From Candidatus Bathyarchaeota archaeon (GTDB lineage Archaea; Thermoproteota; Bathyarchaeia; Bathyarchaeales; Bathycorpusculaceae), in the NCBI GenBank assembly GCA_963772455.1, contig CAVYXJ010000007.1, positions 224,001-288,000 on the forward strand: a stretch of DNA of 64,000 nucleotides, written 5' to 3'. Below, piece after piece: positions 50,139 to 60,080 of this stretch. Each line of letters begins with the position of its first letter. The stretch's first letter is position 1. The position numbers and the translations under genes were made by a program. The notes beneath the pieces are model-generated. The model did not search any database and had not been told where the DNA came from. It was given only the letters and a program-made list of their open reading frames with translations.

Positions 50139-51107
50139 ATGATTACGCTTCAGAATATACGAGATGCCCAGAAAACAATTGGGTCCTATGCCAAACTTAC
50201 ACCCTTAAATCCTTCTAAATTTTTAAGCGAACTGTGCAATGCTAATGTGTATTTAAAACTTGAAAACCTTCAGCAGACGCATTCCTTTAAGGTGCGGGGA
50301 GTAATGAACAAACTACTAAACTTGACCGCGGATGAGAAAGCAAAGGGTGTAGTGACTGCTTCTGCTGGCAATCATGGGCAGGCAGTTGCTTTTGGAGCGC
50401 GTGAACTTGGTTTTAAAGCAAAGATTGTTGTGCCAACAAACACTCCCAAGGTTAAGGTGGATGGAATACGGCAGTTTGGGGCAGAGCTGTTGCTCTATGG
50501 CGCAACTTACCCTGAATCTGAACGCAAAGCCAAAGAGCTCGCGTTGGTTGAGGGGCACCTATACATTTCACCCTATAATGACGAGTTAATCGTTGCTGGA
50601 CACGGAACCATCGGGTTGGAAATTTTAGAGGCACTTCCAAACGTTGACGTGGTCATTGTACCCGTGGGTGGCGGAGGATTAATCTCAGGAATCAGTATCG
50701 CCGTAAAGAGCCTAAAGCCTCTGGTGAAGGTTTATGGCGTGCAGTCAGCAGCGGTTCCTATAATGTTTGAATCCTTGAAATCAGGTCAAATCGTTAAACC
50801 CCACAGGCATGAGCCAACAACAGTTGCGGAGGGTCTTTCGGGAGGCGTTGAGAAGGGCTCAATAACATTTGGAATTATTCAGCAATATGTCGATGAGGTA
50901 ATCCCCGTTAGAGAAGAATCGATCAGACATGCGATTTACTTGCTTTGGGAAAACGAAAAGCAAGTTGTTGAGGGTTCAGGTGCGGTTTGCGCGGCATTGT
51001 TGTTTGAGAACAAAGATTTGTTTGTCGGTAAAACAGTTGCTTTGGTATTGACAGGAGGCAACATAGATGATTCATTGTTTCAAACTGTGTTAACTTGGGA
51101 AAAGTAA
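50139..51107 (+). CDS. Threonine/serine dehydratase (no ACT domain)
   Basis: KLENLQ..SFKVRG, SAGNHGQ, VGGGGL, TGGN. Confidence 0.9.
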   Translation: MITLQNIRDAQKTIGSYAKLTPLNPSKFLSELCNANVYLKLENLQQTHSFKVRGVMNKLLNLTADEKAKGVVTASAGNHGQAVAFGARELGFKAKIVVPTNTPKVKVDGIRQFGAELLLYGATYPESERKAKELALVEGHLYISPYNDELIVAGHGTIGLEILEALPNVDVVIVPVGGGGLISGISIAVKSLKPLVKVYGVQSAAVPIMFESLKSGQIVKPHRHEPTTVAEGLSGGVEKGSITFGIIQQYVDEVIPVREESIRHAIYLLWENEKQVVEGSGAVCAALLFENKDLFVGKTVALVLTGGNIDDSLFQTVLTWEK

Positions 51108-51117
51108 CCTTAGCTTA

Positions 51118-51609
51118 TCAAAGTTTGTAACCTATTTTCCTCAAGAACACTCGCCGTTCTGCGATATCACTATCCGTTTCTATTCCCTTGCTCTTTAATC
51201 CATCAACAACGCCGATGATACCTCTGCCCTGTTCGGTTTCAGCGATTAAGACTTCCAACGGATTAGCTGTGGCAGCGTAAACAGTGCACACCTCAGGTAT
51301 ATGCTTAATTTTATCTAGAACGTTAATTGGATAAGCGTTCCTTATGAATATCAAAAAGCTGTGGCCGCATCCAACTTCAAAGGCTTTCTCTGATGCAAGT
51401 CGCCTAAGGTCATCGTTGTTTCCTTCATGTCGGACAAGGCTTGGACCTGAACTCTCACAGAAACCCAAGCCAAACTGGATGTTGGGAACTGAGTTTACGA
51501 GAGCTTCATAGAGGTCTTCAGCGGTTTTTATGAAATGCGCCGTACCAAGAATAATATTACAGTCTTTGGGCGGTTCAATTTTAACTGTTTTTAATTCCAC
51601 TTTAATCAT
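51118..51609 (-). CDS. DUF355 adenosine-specific kinase-like protein
   Basis: [39 protein letters not shown]. Confidence 0.88.
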   Translation of the reverse strand: MIKVELKTVKIEPPKDCNIILGTAHFIKTAEDLYEALVNSVPNIQFGLGFCESSGPSLVRHEGNNDDLRRLASEKAFEVGCGHSFLIFIRNAYPINVLDKIKHIPEVCTVYAATANPLEVLIAETEQGRGIIGVVDGLKSKGIETDSDIAERRVFLRKIGYKL

Positions 51610-51717
51610 CCCAATTAATGTGTATAGTTTGGTGATATAACATTTTAAGTAAACATACTCAACCGGCAAAAGCTAAATATCAAGGAACCGTATCTGATTC
51701 GGGAAGTGCAAGCCCGT

Positions 51718-51791
51718 GGGCTGGTAGTTCAGCTGGTATGAACGCTTGACTTGCACTCAAGAGGTCGGGGGTTCAAATCCCCCCCAGTCCA
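51718..51791 (+). tRNA. tRNA-Ala(UGC), intron-less, CCA not encoded
   Basis: Acceptor GGGCTGG/CCAGTCC with G3:U70; anticodon arm CTTGA-CTTGCAC-TCAAG; T-loop GTTCAAATC. Confidence 0.96.
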
Positions 51792-52110
51792 CTTATACAT
51801 AGTTTTTAGAAAACCTAAGTTATCCGCGGATTCCCGCCAAGAGTTTTTCTAATTAACTTTCAATGTAAGAATTCAAACAAGAATTAGAACGAAAGGTTTT
51901 TGCAGAGATTCCAAAAAAAGACATGAATGACAGAAAGTTGTCTGGTAAAAATACATACACATTCTGTCAAAATAAACATTTACATAAAATATCTCGAGAC
52001 ATATCACATTTCTGAATTTAAAAAAATATAATATTTGAAAAGGTTTTTTACAAAATGGATAAATTGGTCTAAAAGTATCTAATATTAAATCTTCTCGAGG
52101 CTCTAAAGAA

Positions 52111-54030
52111 ATGAAAATAATATCTAAAGAAGATTTCCAAGATTTTATATCCGCACTTATAAGAGATGATTCTCTAAACGTTATTGGCGTTAAATCACGG
52201 GGAAACAAATTTGCTTTTGGACCCCTAGATTCAGCCGAGGAATTACATCTAGATTACGATGTAACTTTATTGCCTCCGAAAAAATATTTCTTCCCTCAAC
52301 GAGAAACATTATTTACATATGACATATCAGATGGATTTTCCACAAAGAATCCAAATGAACCCAAACCAACGGTACTCGTTGGAGTTCACCCTTATGACAT
52401 TGTAGCTTTACTTCATATGGATGAAATTTTCAGGGAAACAAAATCTGACCCTCATTACTTCAAGAAAAGAGATGCGACCATAATAATAGGTGTAAATATC
52501 CAAAAAATGTCAAATTGGAATTTCTCTTCCTTCATGGGTAGCGCAGCGATAGATTATGGCTATGATCTTATGTTAACTGATCTTGGAAATCGTTACGCTA
52601 TCAACGTTGGCTCTCAGAAAGGAGAAGACCTGTTGTCGAAATACGCAAAAAATGTGACGCCCGCATTGGCACGCGACATGCAGGTTGCTGGACAGAAAAA
52701 AAGAGAAGTCATGGGTATGTCTCAGCAAAAATTTTCTTTCCCACCGGAACTTATCCCTGAACTGCTAAGAGATAGTTATAGTAAAAGCGGATTTTGGGAG
52801 AAACATTCAGAAAAATGCCTAGCATGCGGCTCATGCGTACTAGTTTGCCCAACATGCTATTGTTTTGACGTCAAAGATAATCCAGATCTTTCTTTAGAGC
52901 ACGGGGAAAGAATCAGAACTTGGGATGGATGTCTACTAGAAGACTTTGCAAAGATAGCATCAGGAGAAAACTTCCGAGCAACTAGACCAACAAGATATCG
53001 ACACCGATATTTCAAAAAAGGTAAATACTTGTTTGACCGTTTTGGCTTTGTTTCCTGTGTAGGCTGTGGAAGATGCTCTTCGAACTGTCTTCCAGATATA
53101 GCAAACCCAGTCAACCTTTTTAACGATATGCACCAAGAAAACCAAAACACAGGATTCCAAATGGCAACCACAGCAACTCAACCAGAAGTCAATATCCAAA
53201 CTGGAGTAAACATAGACTACGTTCCAAGATTAGCAACCATAACCAAGAAAGTACCAATGACATCCATGGAAACACTTTTTGAAATAAAACTCGACGACAA
53301 CTCAGAACTCAATCACAAACCAGGACAATTCGTAGAAGTCTCCGTCTTTGGAATCGGTGAAGCCCCAATATCTCTGTCCTCCTCCCCAACAAAGAAAGAA
53401 ACTTTCGAAATCTGCGTTCGCAAATTAGGAAACGTAACAACAAAATTACACCAACTCAATGTTAACGATAAAGTGGGAATAAGAGGACCATTTGGGAATG
53501 GATTTGATACAGCCTCTTTGCAAGGTAAAGACCTTTTGTTCATAGCGGGCGGTTTGGGAATAGCACCCTTGAGATCTCTGATCAACTATGTCTTTGACAA
53601 TAGAAAAAATTTCGGACGTGTCATTTTACTTTATGGATGCAAAGAACCAAAAGAAATGCTGTTTGGCGAAGAATTAGCCTCAATGGCCTTAAAAGAAAAT
53701 GTTGAGTTCAAACCTACTGTAAACTTCTGCCCCGAAAATGAATTATGGGAAGGCAACATTGGAGTAATCACAACACTTATTCCTCAAGTCCCATTTGATT
53801 CAGAAAAAACAATCGCATTATTATGCGGTCCCCCAGTCATGTATAAATTCGTAATAGCAGATCTGAAGAAACGAAACGTGCCTGACGACCACATAATTAT
53901 GTCACTGGAGCGAAGAATGAAATGTGGAGTTGGAAAATGCGGTCATTGCCAAATCAACCAGATATACGTCTGCAAAGATGGCCCTGTTTTTAATTATTCA
54001 AAAATAAAAGGTGTCCCGGAGGCGCTGTAA
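52111..54030 (+). CDS. Group 3b sulfhydrogenase-type beta (Fe-S) plus gamma (FAD/NAD(P)) subunit fusion
   Basis: PPKKYFFP, CLACGSC...CPTCYC, CVGCGRC...C; then PGQF, RGPFGNGF, GGLGIAP, CGPP, MKCGVGKCGHC...CKDGP in one continuous frame. Confidence 0.9.
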   Translation: MKIISKEDFQDFISALIRDDSLNVIGVKSRGNKFAFGPLDSAEELHLDYDVTLLPPKKYFFPQRETLFTYDISDGFSTKNPNEPKPTVLVGVHPYDIVALLHMDEIFRETKSDPHYFKKRDATIIIGVNIQKMSNWNFSSFMGSAAIDYGYDLMLTDLGNRYAINVGSQKGEDLLSKYAKNVTPALARDMQVAGQKKREVMGMSQQKFSFPPELIPELLRDSYSKSGFWEKHSEKCLACGSCVLVCPTCYCFDVKDNPDLSLEHGERIRTWDGCLLEDFAKIASGENFRATRPTRYRHRYFKKGKYLFDRFGFVSCVGCGRCSSNCLPDIANPVNLFNDMHQENQNTGFQMATTATQPEVNIQTGVNIDYVPRLATITKKVPMTSMETLFEIKLDDNSELNHKPGQFVEVSVFGIGEAPISLSSSPTKKETFEICVRKLGNVTTKLHQLNVNDKVGIRGPFGNGFDTASLQGKDLLFIAGGLGIAPLRSLINYVFDNRKNFGRVILLYGCKEPKEMLFGEELASMALKENVEFKPTVNFCPENELWEGNIGVITTLIPQVPFDSEKTIALLCGPPVMYKFVIADLKKRNVPDDHIIMSLERRMKCGVGKCGHCQINQIYVCKDGPVFNYSKIKGVPEAL

Positions 54031-54768
54031 ATGAAACCTAAAGTAGCATTCTTCGATTTTGCCGGTTGCGAAGGCGACCAACTACAGGTAGCGAACCTTG
54101 AAGAAGACTTGTTAGCTCTTTTGGGGCAGGTTGAAGTAGTAACCTTCAGGGAAATTATGAAGGAACAAAGCGACAACTACGACATCGCATTCGTTGAAGG
54201 TTCATGTACTAGGCTGCAAGATGAAGATAGGCTAAAGCAGATAAGGAAAAACGCAAAACTTGTGGTGGCAATCGGATCTTGCGCTGCAATAGGCGGCATC
54301 AACTCTCTTAGAAACTACAAGGATTTAGATAGTGTTAAGAAAATGGTCTATGGTGAAAACGCGCGGCTCTTTGACTCTTACGCAGCGAGACCAATTGACG
54401 CTGTAATTCCCGTTGACGCCTACGTATATGGCTGCCCAATTGACCGCGAAGATTTCTTGCATGTGGTCAAATCGCTCTTGCTGGGAAAGAAACCTGAAAC
54501 CGCCACCTACCCTGTTTGTGTTGAATGCAAGAAAAACGAGAACGTCTGCGCCTTTGAACGCGATCAATTCTGCGTTGGCACAGTCACGAGAGCTGGCTGT
54601 AACTCATGCTGCGTTAACGAGGGAACAATTTGCTGGGGATGCCGTGGATTAATTGATAACCCAAATGAGAACTCCCAAAAAGAAGTTCTCATCAAATACG
54701 GCTTAACAGTTGACGATGCAATCAACAAGTTTAGGTTATATTTCGGTTGGCAGGAGGCAAAAAGATGA
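54031..54768 (+). CDS. [NiFe] hydrogenase small (delta) subunit
   Basis: GCEGD, VEGS, GSCA..GG, GCP, CVEC...C...C...GC...C...CWGCRG. Confidence 0.9.
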   Translation: MKPKVAFFDFAGCEGDQLQVANLEEDLLALLGQVEVVTFREIMKEQSDNYDIAFVEGSCTRLQDEDRLKQIRKNAKLVVAIGSCAAIGGINSLRNYKDLDSVKKMVYGENARLFDSYAARPIDAVIPVDAYVYGCPIDREDFLHVVKSLLLGKKPETATYPVCVECKKNENVCAFERDQFCVGTVTRAGCNSCCVNEGTICWGCRGLIDNPNENSQKEVLIKYGLTVDDAINKFRLYFGWQEAKR

Positions 54769-56078
54769 GTGAAAACAAGAATGTCGATGTAAATGTCCAT
54801 CATATAACTAGGGTTGAAGGACATGGAAACATTAACGTATCAATAAGGAACGGTGCTGTAGAGAAATGCGAATGGAGCATTCCTGAAGCACCAAGATTCT
54901 TTGAAGCCATGGTAGTAGGGCGATCGTGGAACGAATTACATCATATTACCTCGCGCATATGCGGCATCTGTTCTATAGGCCATACACTTGCTTCATTGAA
55001 AGCCACGGAATCGGCTATGGGAATTACTATAAGTGAACAGGATCTAAAACTTCGAAAGCTAGCACTACATGCTGAGAACCTGCAGAGCCACATTCTCCAC
55101 CTTGGTTTCCTAGTTCTACCAGATTTGATGGGAGTGGGCTCAGTTATCCCACTTGCCTCAACAAACCTTGCTGAAGTCAAAATTGTGCTGCAACTTCATC
55201 GAACAGCAAACGAAATGTCAAATCTATTATGCGGCAGAACCACTCATCCCCAAAGACTAATCCCAGGCGGCTTTTCCAAAATCCCCTCTGTAAATGAACT
55301 CGCAGTTATCAGAAAGAAATTGCAAGATTCTATTCCAAACCTTCGCTCAGTGGCTGAACTGTTTAAGAGCTTAGCAAGTAATTTGCCAAATTTCAAACGA
55401 GAAACAGAATACATAGGTCTAACGAACCCAAACGAATATGCACTTTACGATGGAGAAATGACCTCAACAGACACTGGTACGGCGTCACTCAAAGAATACC
55501 TCACCTACACAAATGAATACATTGTTCCACAATCAACTGCTAAATGGGCTAAACATAATCGGGAGGCCTATATGGTGGGTGCATTAGCTAGGCTAAACCT
55601 AAATTACAACAAACTATCGCCCATGGCTCAAAAAGTTGCGGAAATGTTCGACCTCAAACCAATGTGTTACAATCCTTTTATGAATAGTATTGCCCAGTTA
55701 GTGGAAACTGTCAATAGCGTCGAAGACTCGATACGCCTCATAAATGAGCTTGAAGCTGCAGGACTAAAGACCCAACCAGACTATAATAACATAAACATAA
55801 AAGTTAAGGCAGGAAATGGAGTTGGAGCAGTGGAAGTACCACGAGGCATTTTATTCCATGAATACACGTATAATGATAAGGGCGTATGCACCAAAGCTAA
55901 CTATATAATACCCACTAACCAAAACCACGGTAATATTTCACTAGATATGAAAGCGTTGCTTCCACAGATTCTAAATAAATCCAAAAAAGAAATTGAGCTC
56001 GCCTTGGAAATGTTAGTACGCGCCTACGACCCATGTATATCGTGTTCCACCCACGTAGCAAAAATTGATTTACTCTAA
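54765..56078 (+). CDS. [NiFe] hydrogenase large (alpha) subunit, group 3b
   Basis: RVEGHG, L1 RICGICSIGH, EVPRG, L2 DPCISCSTH plus short C-terminal extension; ATGA overlap with delta. Confidence 0.95.
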   Translation: MSENKNVDVNVHHITRVEGHGNINVSIRNGAVEKCEWSIPEAPRFFEAMVVGRSWNELHHITSRICGICSIGHTLASLKATESAMGITISEQDLKLRKLALHAENLQSHILHLGFLVLPDLMGVGSVIPLASTNLAEVKIVLQLHRTANEMSNLLCGRTTHPQRLIPGGFSKIPSVNELAVIRKKLQDSIPNLRSVAELFKSLASNLPNFKRETEYIGLTNPNEYALYDGEMTSTDTGTASLKEYLTYTNEYIVPQSTAKWAKHNREAYMVGALARLNLNYNKLSPMAQKVAEMFDLKPMCYNPFMNSIAQLVETVNSVEDSIRLINELEAAGLKTQPDYNNINIKVKAGNGVGAVEVPRGILFHEYTYNDKGVCTKANYIIPTNQNHGNISLDMKALLPQILNKSKKEIELALEMLVRAYDPCISCSTHVAKIDLL

Positions 56079-56181
56079 GTTTCCATATTTACTCAAAAAT
56101 TATTGGAAACGATGTATCATGAAGGTTTACCTCTAAATCTTATAAAGAATAATAAATAAACACAACAATGATGTTGCCGCG

Positions 56182-56502
56182 TTAAATATCAAGATCATTC
56201 AAGAACTTCCAAAACTCTTCGATACATCTAATAATTCTTAATTCCAAAAAATTAACTACAAAATTACCTTTCTCATCGACTGGACCTCTAAAGAAACCAA
56301 CAGTATGCGGGTATCCGTTCTCAAACATTGGACTATCAACGATATCTGATAAAATTGTTTGAGGTTTGCTCTCGTTGGTTCTTCGGTTAATGAATTGAAC
56401 TGAGTAAAAAAGATATTTCCTTCCTTCATTTCCAATATCTGGAAAACATATTAACCAATCCAGCTCTTGGAAATGAAAGTTTTTACATTTTTTTTCCAAC
56501 AA
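56182..56502 (-). CDS. Hypothetical protein
   Basis: 106-aa ORF with protein-like composition (YPHTVGFF, EEFWKFLN). Confidence 0.6.
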   Translation of the reverse strand: MLEKKCKNFHFQELDWLICFPDIGNEGRKYLFYSVQFINRRTNESKPQTILSDIVDSPMFENGYPHTVGFFRGPVDEKGNFVVNFLELRIIRCIEEFWKFLNDLDI

Positions 56503-56648
56503 CTAATCAAGCCTTCAGACTTAGCAAATTTAAGTGTTGCTCATAATTCATTTTATCTTGTGAATCATTATAGGTTTTGCCTTTTCTAACCATTTTATTC
56601 TTCAAGTTAAATTTATCAAGGAAGACGCAATAATAGTAATAGACGAAA

Positions 56649-57146
56649 ATGAAAGCATATATGACCTTATCCTGTAAAACAGGCACATTTAATTCAGTTT
56701 TGGATGAACTAATAAAAATAAACTTGTCCATGAAAGATGTATGCTTGCTTTTTGGCCCAGTTGACATTCTAGTTCAATTACGTTTTAACGATATTGATGA
56801 ATTCATCAATAAATGGTTCAATCCAATTAGAAATATAACTCCTCAAGAACCGATGATAGAGAAAACACAAACACTCATCGTCATAGCTGAAGGTAAACCG
56901 TTCACTGAGGAACCATATGCCTTTCTTTTCCTCAATACGCAGCCAAGAAATCTCGAACAAGTTCAACAAAAACTTCAAAATATTCCAAAAGTCTTGTCGG
57001 CTGACACTGTCTTTGGACCCTATGATGTAATATGTGCTGTTAGAGCAAACGACAAAGAAGACCTAAAACAACTTATTTCCCAAATACAAAAAGAAGTTGC
57101 AAACATTCAAGGAACAGTAACTGCAATCGTCGCGTCGATTTATTGA
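56649..57146 (+). CDS. Tandem Lrp/AsnC ligand-binding (RAM) domain protein
   Basis: Two repeats, LFGPVDILV and VFGPYDVIC; no HTH. Confidence 0.85.
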   Translation: MKAYMTLSCKTGTFNSVLDELIKINLSMKDVCLLFGPVDILVQLRFNDIDEFINKWFNPIRNITPQEPMIEKTQTLIVIAEGKPFTEEPYAFLFLNTQPRNLEQVQQKLQNIPKVLSADTVFGPYDVICAVRANDKEDLKQLISQIQKEVANIQGTVTAIVASIY

Positions 57147-57271
57147 AAGTGAAACTATTATTCATGGGCAATTATTATCGCTGAAAATTCCTCCACTATT
57201 AACATCTTTATTCAGCTTTAAGTTGATTAGTTTAAAATAAAATATTAACCTCGGTTATCCTTGAACTTTAA

Positions 57272-58357
57272 TTACCCCTTTCTGGAAATCTCGGAATCAC
57301 ATGTCTTATCTTCTGAAAGCATGGACCACTTCGATGTATACCGTCCTAGTACTTTCCAATGGAATACTCCATATGAGACAACCATTCTAAACCAGAAAGT
57401 TGCAAATCTATTTAGAAGAATAGAAGTCACGCCTATACCTGATGGAATTCCCAAAGCTATGAAAAGAGAACTTCGTATTATCTCGTTGAAACCTAAAAAA
57501 GAAACACCTTCAATGAGTAAAGTTGCAGTTAATGCGTAAGCAATTAGAATTTTGAACGCTGGCAAACTATAGCCCAATGCCATAAAACACAAAATAAAGA
57601 CAGCCATATCTGAAGCCCAAGCCAAGACTACATAAATAACAGGCAACAATAAACCGCGGGGATTCGCTTTAAGGGTTACAAACCCCAAATGAAAATCGTT
57701 CAGATTTTTTTCCATTTTGCTTCTAAACCTAGCGGAATCCCATTTGTTTCTACGTAGAAAACTAATTAGTTGAATGATCCATGCCAGCAACTTATCTGTT
57801 GCTCGACGATTACTGCTCAAATAGAAGATCAACACTAAAGTAAAAATTAGTACAAAAGAAATCCCAATAATTATTCCAAAGATTGGTGAGTCCAAATATC
57901 CATAACTCAAAACCCATAAGACTAAACCTAAAATAGTGTTAGCCAGAATTACCATAATTATTAAAATTTTGTGGGCAATAACTGAAGCAACGACTTTTCC
58001 TGTGTCATGAACCTGAGTTTTACAGAGCCAATAAGCTTTGAATAAATCTCCTGTTAAGCCGCCAGGAACTACATTGTCCACAAAAATTCCAACCCAACTG
58101 AACCAAAAAGCTGTTCTAATACTAATCGAATAAGTTAGATTCCTCAAAAGACCACGCCAAACAAGGGCATGAAAAAAAACACTGACAACAACCAAAACGA
58201 AAGCCAACGAATAGAACCATAAATTGAGCTTCTCAAAAGTAGAGATAAAACTTGGAATACCCACAAAGAAGTAGAGATAAAGAACAAAAATAACGAGCCC
58301 TATAACTGAGACCAAAAAAACTGTTTTCGAAAGCTTAGGATTTGCTGTTGAACTCAT
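57272..58357 (-). CDS. Lysylphosphatidylglycerol synthase TM / UPF0104 flippase-like protein
   Basis: W..LL, FVDNVVPGG..GD, RFATFW; multiple TM segments. Confidence 0.82.
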   Translation of the reverse strand: MSSTANPKLSKTVFLVSVIGLVIFVLYLYFFVGIPSFISTFEKLNLWFYSLAFVLVVVSVFFHALVWRGLLRNLTYSISIRTAFWFSWVGIFVDNVVPGGLTGDLFKAYWLCKTQVHDTGKVVASVIAHKILIIMVILANTILGLVLWVLSYGYLDSPIFGIIIGISFVLIFTLVLIFYLSSNRRATDKLLAWIIQLISFLRRNKWDSARFRSKMEKNLNDFHLGFVTLKANPRGLLLPVIYVVLAWASDMAVFILCFMALGYSLPAFKILIAYALTATLLIEGVSFLGFNEIIRSSLFIALGIPSGIGVTSILLNRFATFWFRMVVSYGVFHWKVLGRYTSKWSMLSEDKTCDSEISRKG

Positions 58358-58678
58358 TTGAAAACGTCGCCTCGCTTAAGAAAGACAAATGTAATAGGTG
58401 GACTAAAATTAGCTGAAAGCCAGTTTACTCCAAGTAAGCTTTCTTCTTCTGCAAAAAAGAAAACGTAGTTTCGAGTTGCTGCTTGAAATTCTATTTCAGT
58501 CACGCTTTCTTGACCACCGTATACATCGGAAGTTTAAAAACAGTAAACTGTTGTCTAAACAGGTACTTATGATTAGCTCAACTTTAACAAATGTTCCGTC
58601 ATCATCAATCCTTAGACCAAATTAACACTCTTATCAGCAAATAAAGAAATTTTAGGGACGATGAATAAATGCTAACCA

Positions 58679-59185
58679 GTGAACTCATTGTCTTTGTTCG
58701 ATGTAATTTTAAGTCGTAGAAGTATTCGAAAATACGAAGATAAAGAAATACCACAAGATATCTTACATCAAGTCCTTGAAGCGGGCAGGCAAGCGCCATC
58801 AGCGGTCAATAGACAACCCATTCGATTTGTAGTGGTGACGGATTCCCAAGCCAAGAACGAATTATCTAAAAGCTTGTTTGCGAAGCACATCAAGAATGCA
58901 CCTTTGGTCATTGTTGGTTGCGCGGATGAAAAATCGCTTCTAACTGGAAAATGGGCAGTCGTTGATACAACAATAGCCCTTCAAAACATAGTTATTGCAG
59001 CTTGGACTTTCGGGATAGGTTCCTGTTGGATAGGATCTTTTAGTGAAGAAAAAGTCAAAGAAATGCTCAAAATTCCTAACAAGTGGAAAGTTGTTTCTCT
59101 TTTAACCCTTGGATATCCAGCGGAGCAGCCAAAAGCAAAAAACAGAAAGCCTTTTGAAGAATTATTTAGCTTCAACACATTCTAA
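58679..59185 (+). CDS. Nitroreductase family protein
   Basis: RRSIRKY, APSAVNRQP, GIGSCWIG, LGYP. Confidence 0.93.
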   Translation: MNSLSLFDVILSRRSIRKYEDKEIPQDILHQVLEAGRQAPSAVNRQPIRFVVVTDSQAKNELSKSLFAKHIKNAPLVIVGCADEKSLLTGKWAVVDTTIALQNIVIAAWTFGIGSCWIGSFSEEKVKEMLKIPNKWKVVSLLTLGYPAEQPKAKNRKPFEELFSFNTF

Positions 59186-59568
59186 TTCCTACGCATTAAA
59201 CAAAAAAGAAGTTAGCGGATCATTTGCCCATCTGCCTCAAGTTCAATTCCCAACTCACTTATCAAAAAAAATACCATAATTATTTGAAAGAAAAAAATTG
59301 TGATTTTAGGATTTTCAAGAAATCGGAAAAATTATTGTTTTCCGGTTTTTTCTTCATGCTTTTTCTTTTTTGCTGCGTTCTTTTTTGCTAATGAAGGCAT
59401 AATATTCCTCTCAGGTAATTCTATTTATGGTATTATGTATTGAAGTACCTAAAAGCTTACCTATTAAAAACCCCACAATAACGTTACGCCGCATTAGTTT
59501 AAGCTATATATAATAGGTCTAATAGTCCATGAAAGCATAATTAACTGATAATTTGAGGGAATATTACC

Positions 59569-60000
59569 TTGGACGAAATCTTAGAAATGATGGACAAAAC
59601 CGCTAAAAGAATACAAAAAGATGCAGATGAAACAAAAGAAGCTACTACAAAACAAACAGCCCTTTACGAAGGACTTCTTATTTCACCTTTAGCATCACAA
59701 GAACAGAAGCTAAAGGCTTTCATTGGAAAAACACTAGATTTAGACCGCTTAGAAAGATTGAATTCTCAGCTAACATTGCTTTATACATTGCAGATTTTTG
59801 CATTCAAAGTTAAAGTTATTGAAGTCTCGGTGTCCAAAATAAATGAGCAACTTGTTAAATCGGGAGTTTTGCAGAAAAGCGGAGAAGTAGAAGAAATAAC
59901 AAAGAATATCGATGCCCTAAAAATCTTAATCGAAGCTCACTATGAGTCGATGAAGGAAATTAATGAAACCCAAAACAAGAACTTAGGGTATATTCAATAA
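59569..60000 (+). CDS. Coiled-coil hypothetical protein
   Basis: 143-aa helical ORF, GAGGGA SD-like motif before the TTG start. Confidence 0.65.
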   Translation: MDEILEMMDKTAKRIQKDADETKEATTKQTALYEGLLISPLASQEQKLKAFIGKTLDLDRLERLNSQLTLLYTLQIFAFKVKVIEVSVSKINEQLVKSGVLQKSGEVEEITKNIDALKILIEAHYESMKEINETQNKNLGYIQ

Positions 60001-60080
60001 GAATAAATTAAATAAAAAGGGCAGCCTGGTGGTTCTTCCACCAATCAGGTTTTTTCTGCCTGCAATGGTTTTCTTATGGC

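Noticed and set aside
51718-56100. Integrative element at tRNA-Ala carrying the hydrogenase operon
   Set aside because: An AT-rich gap follows the tRNA, but I found no duplicated tRNA 3' end and no integrase in the window
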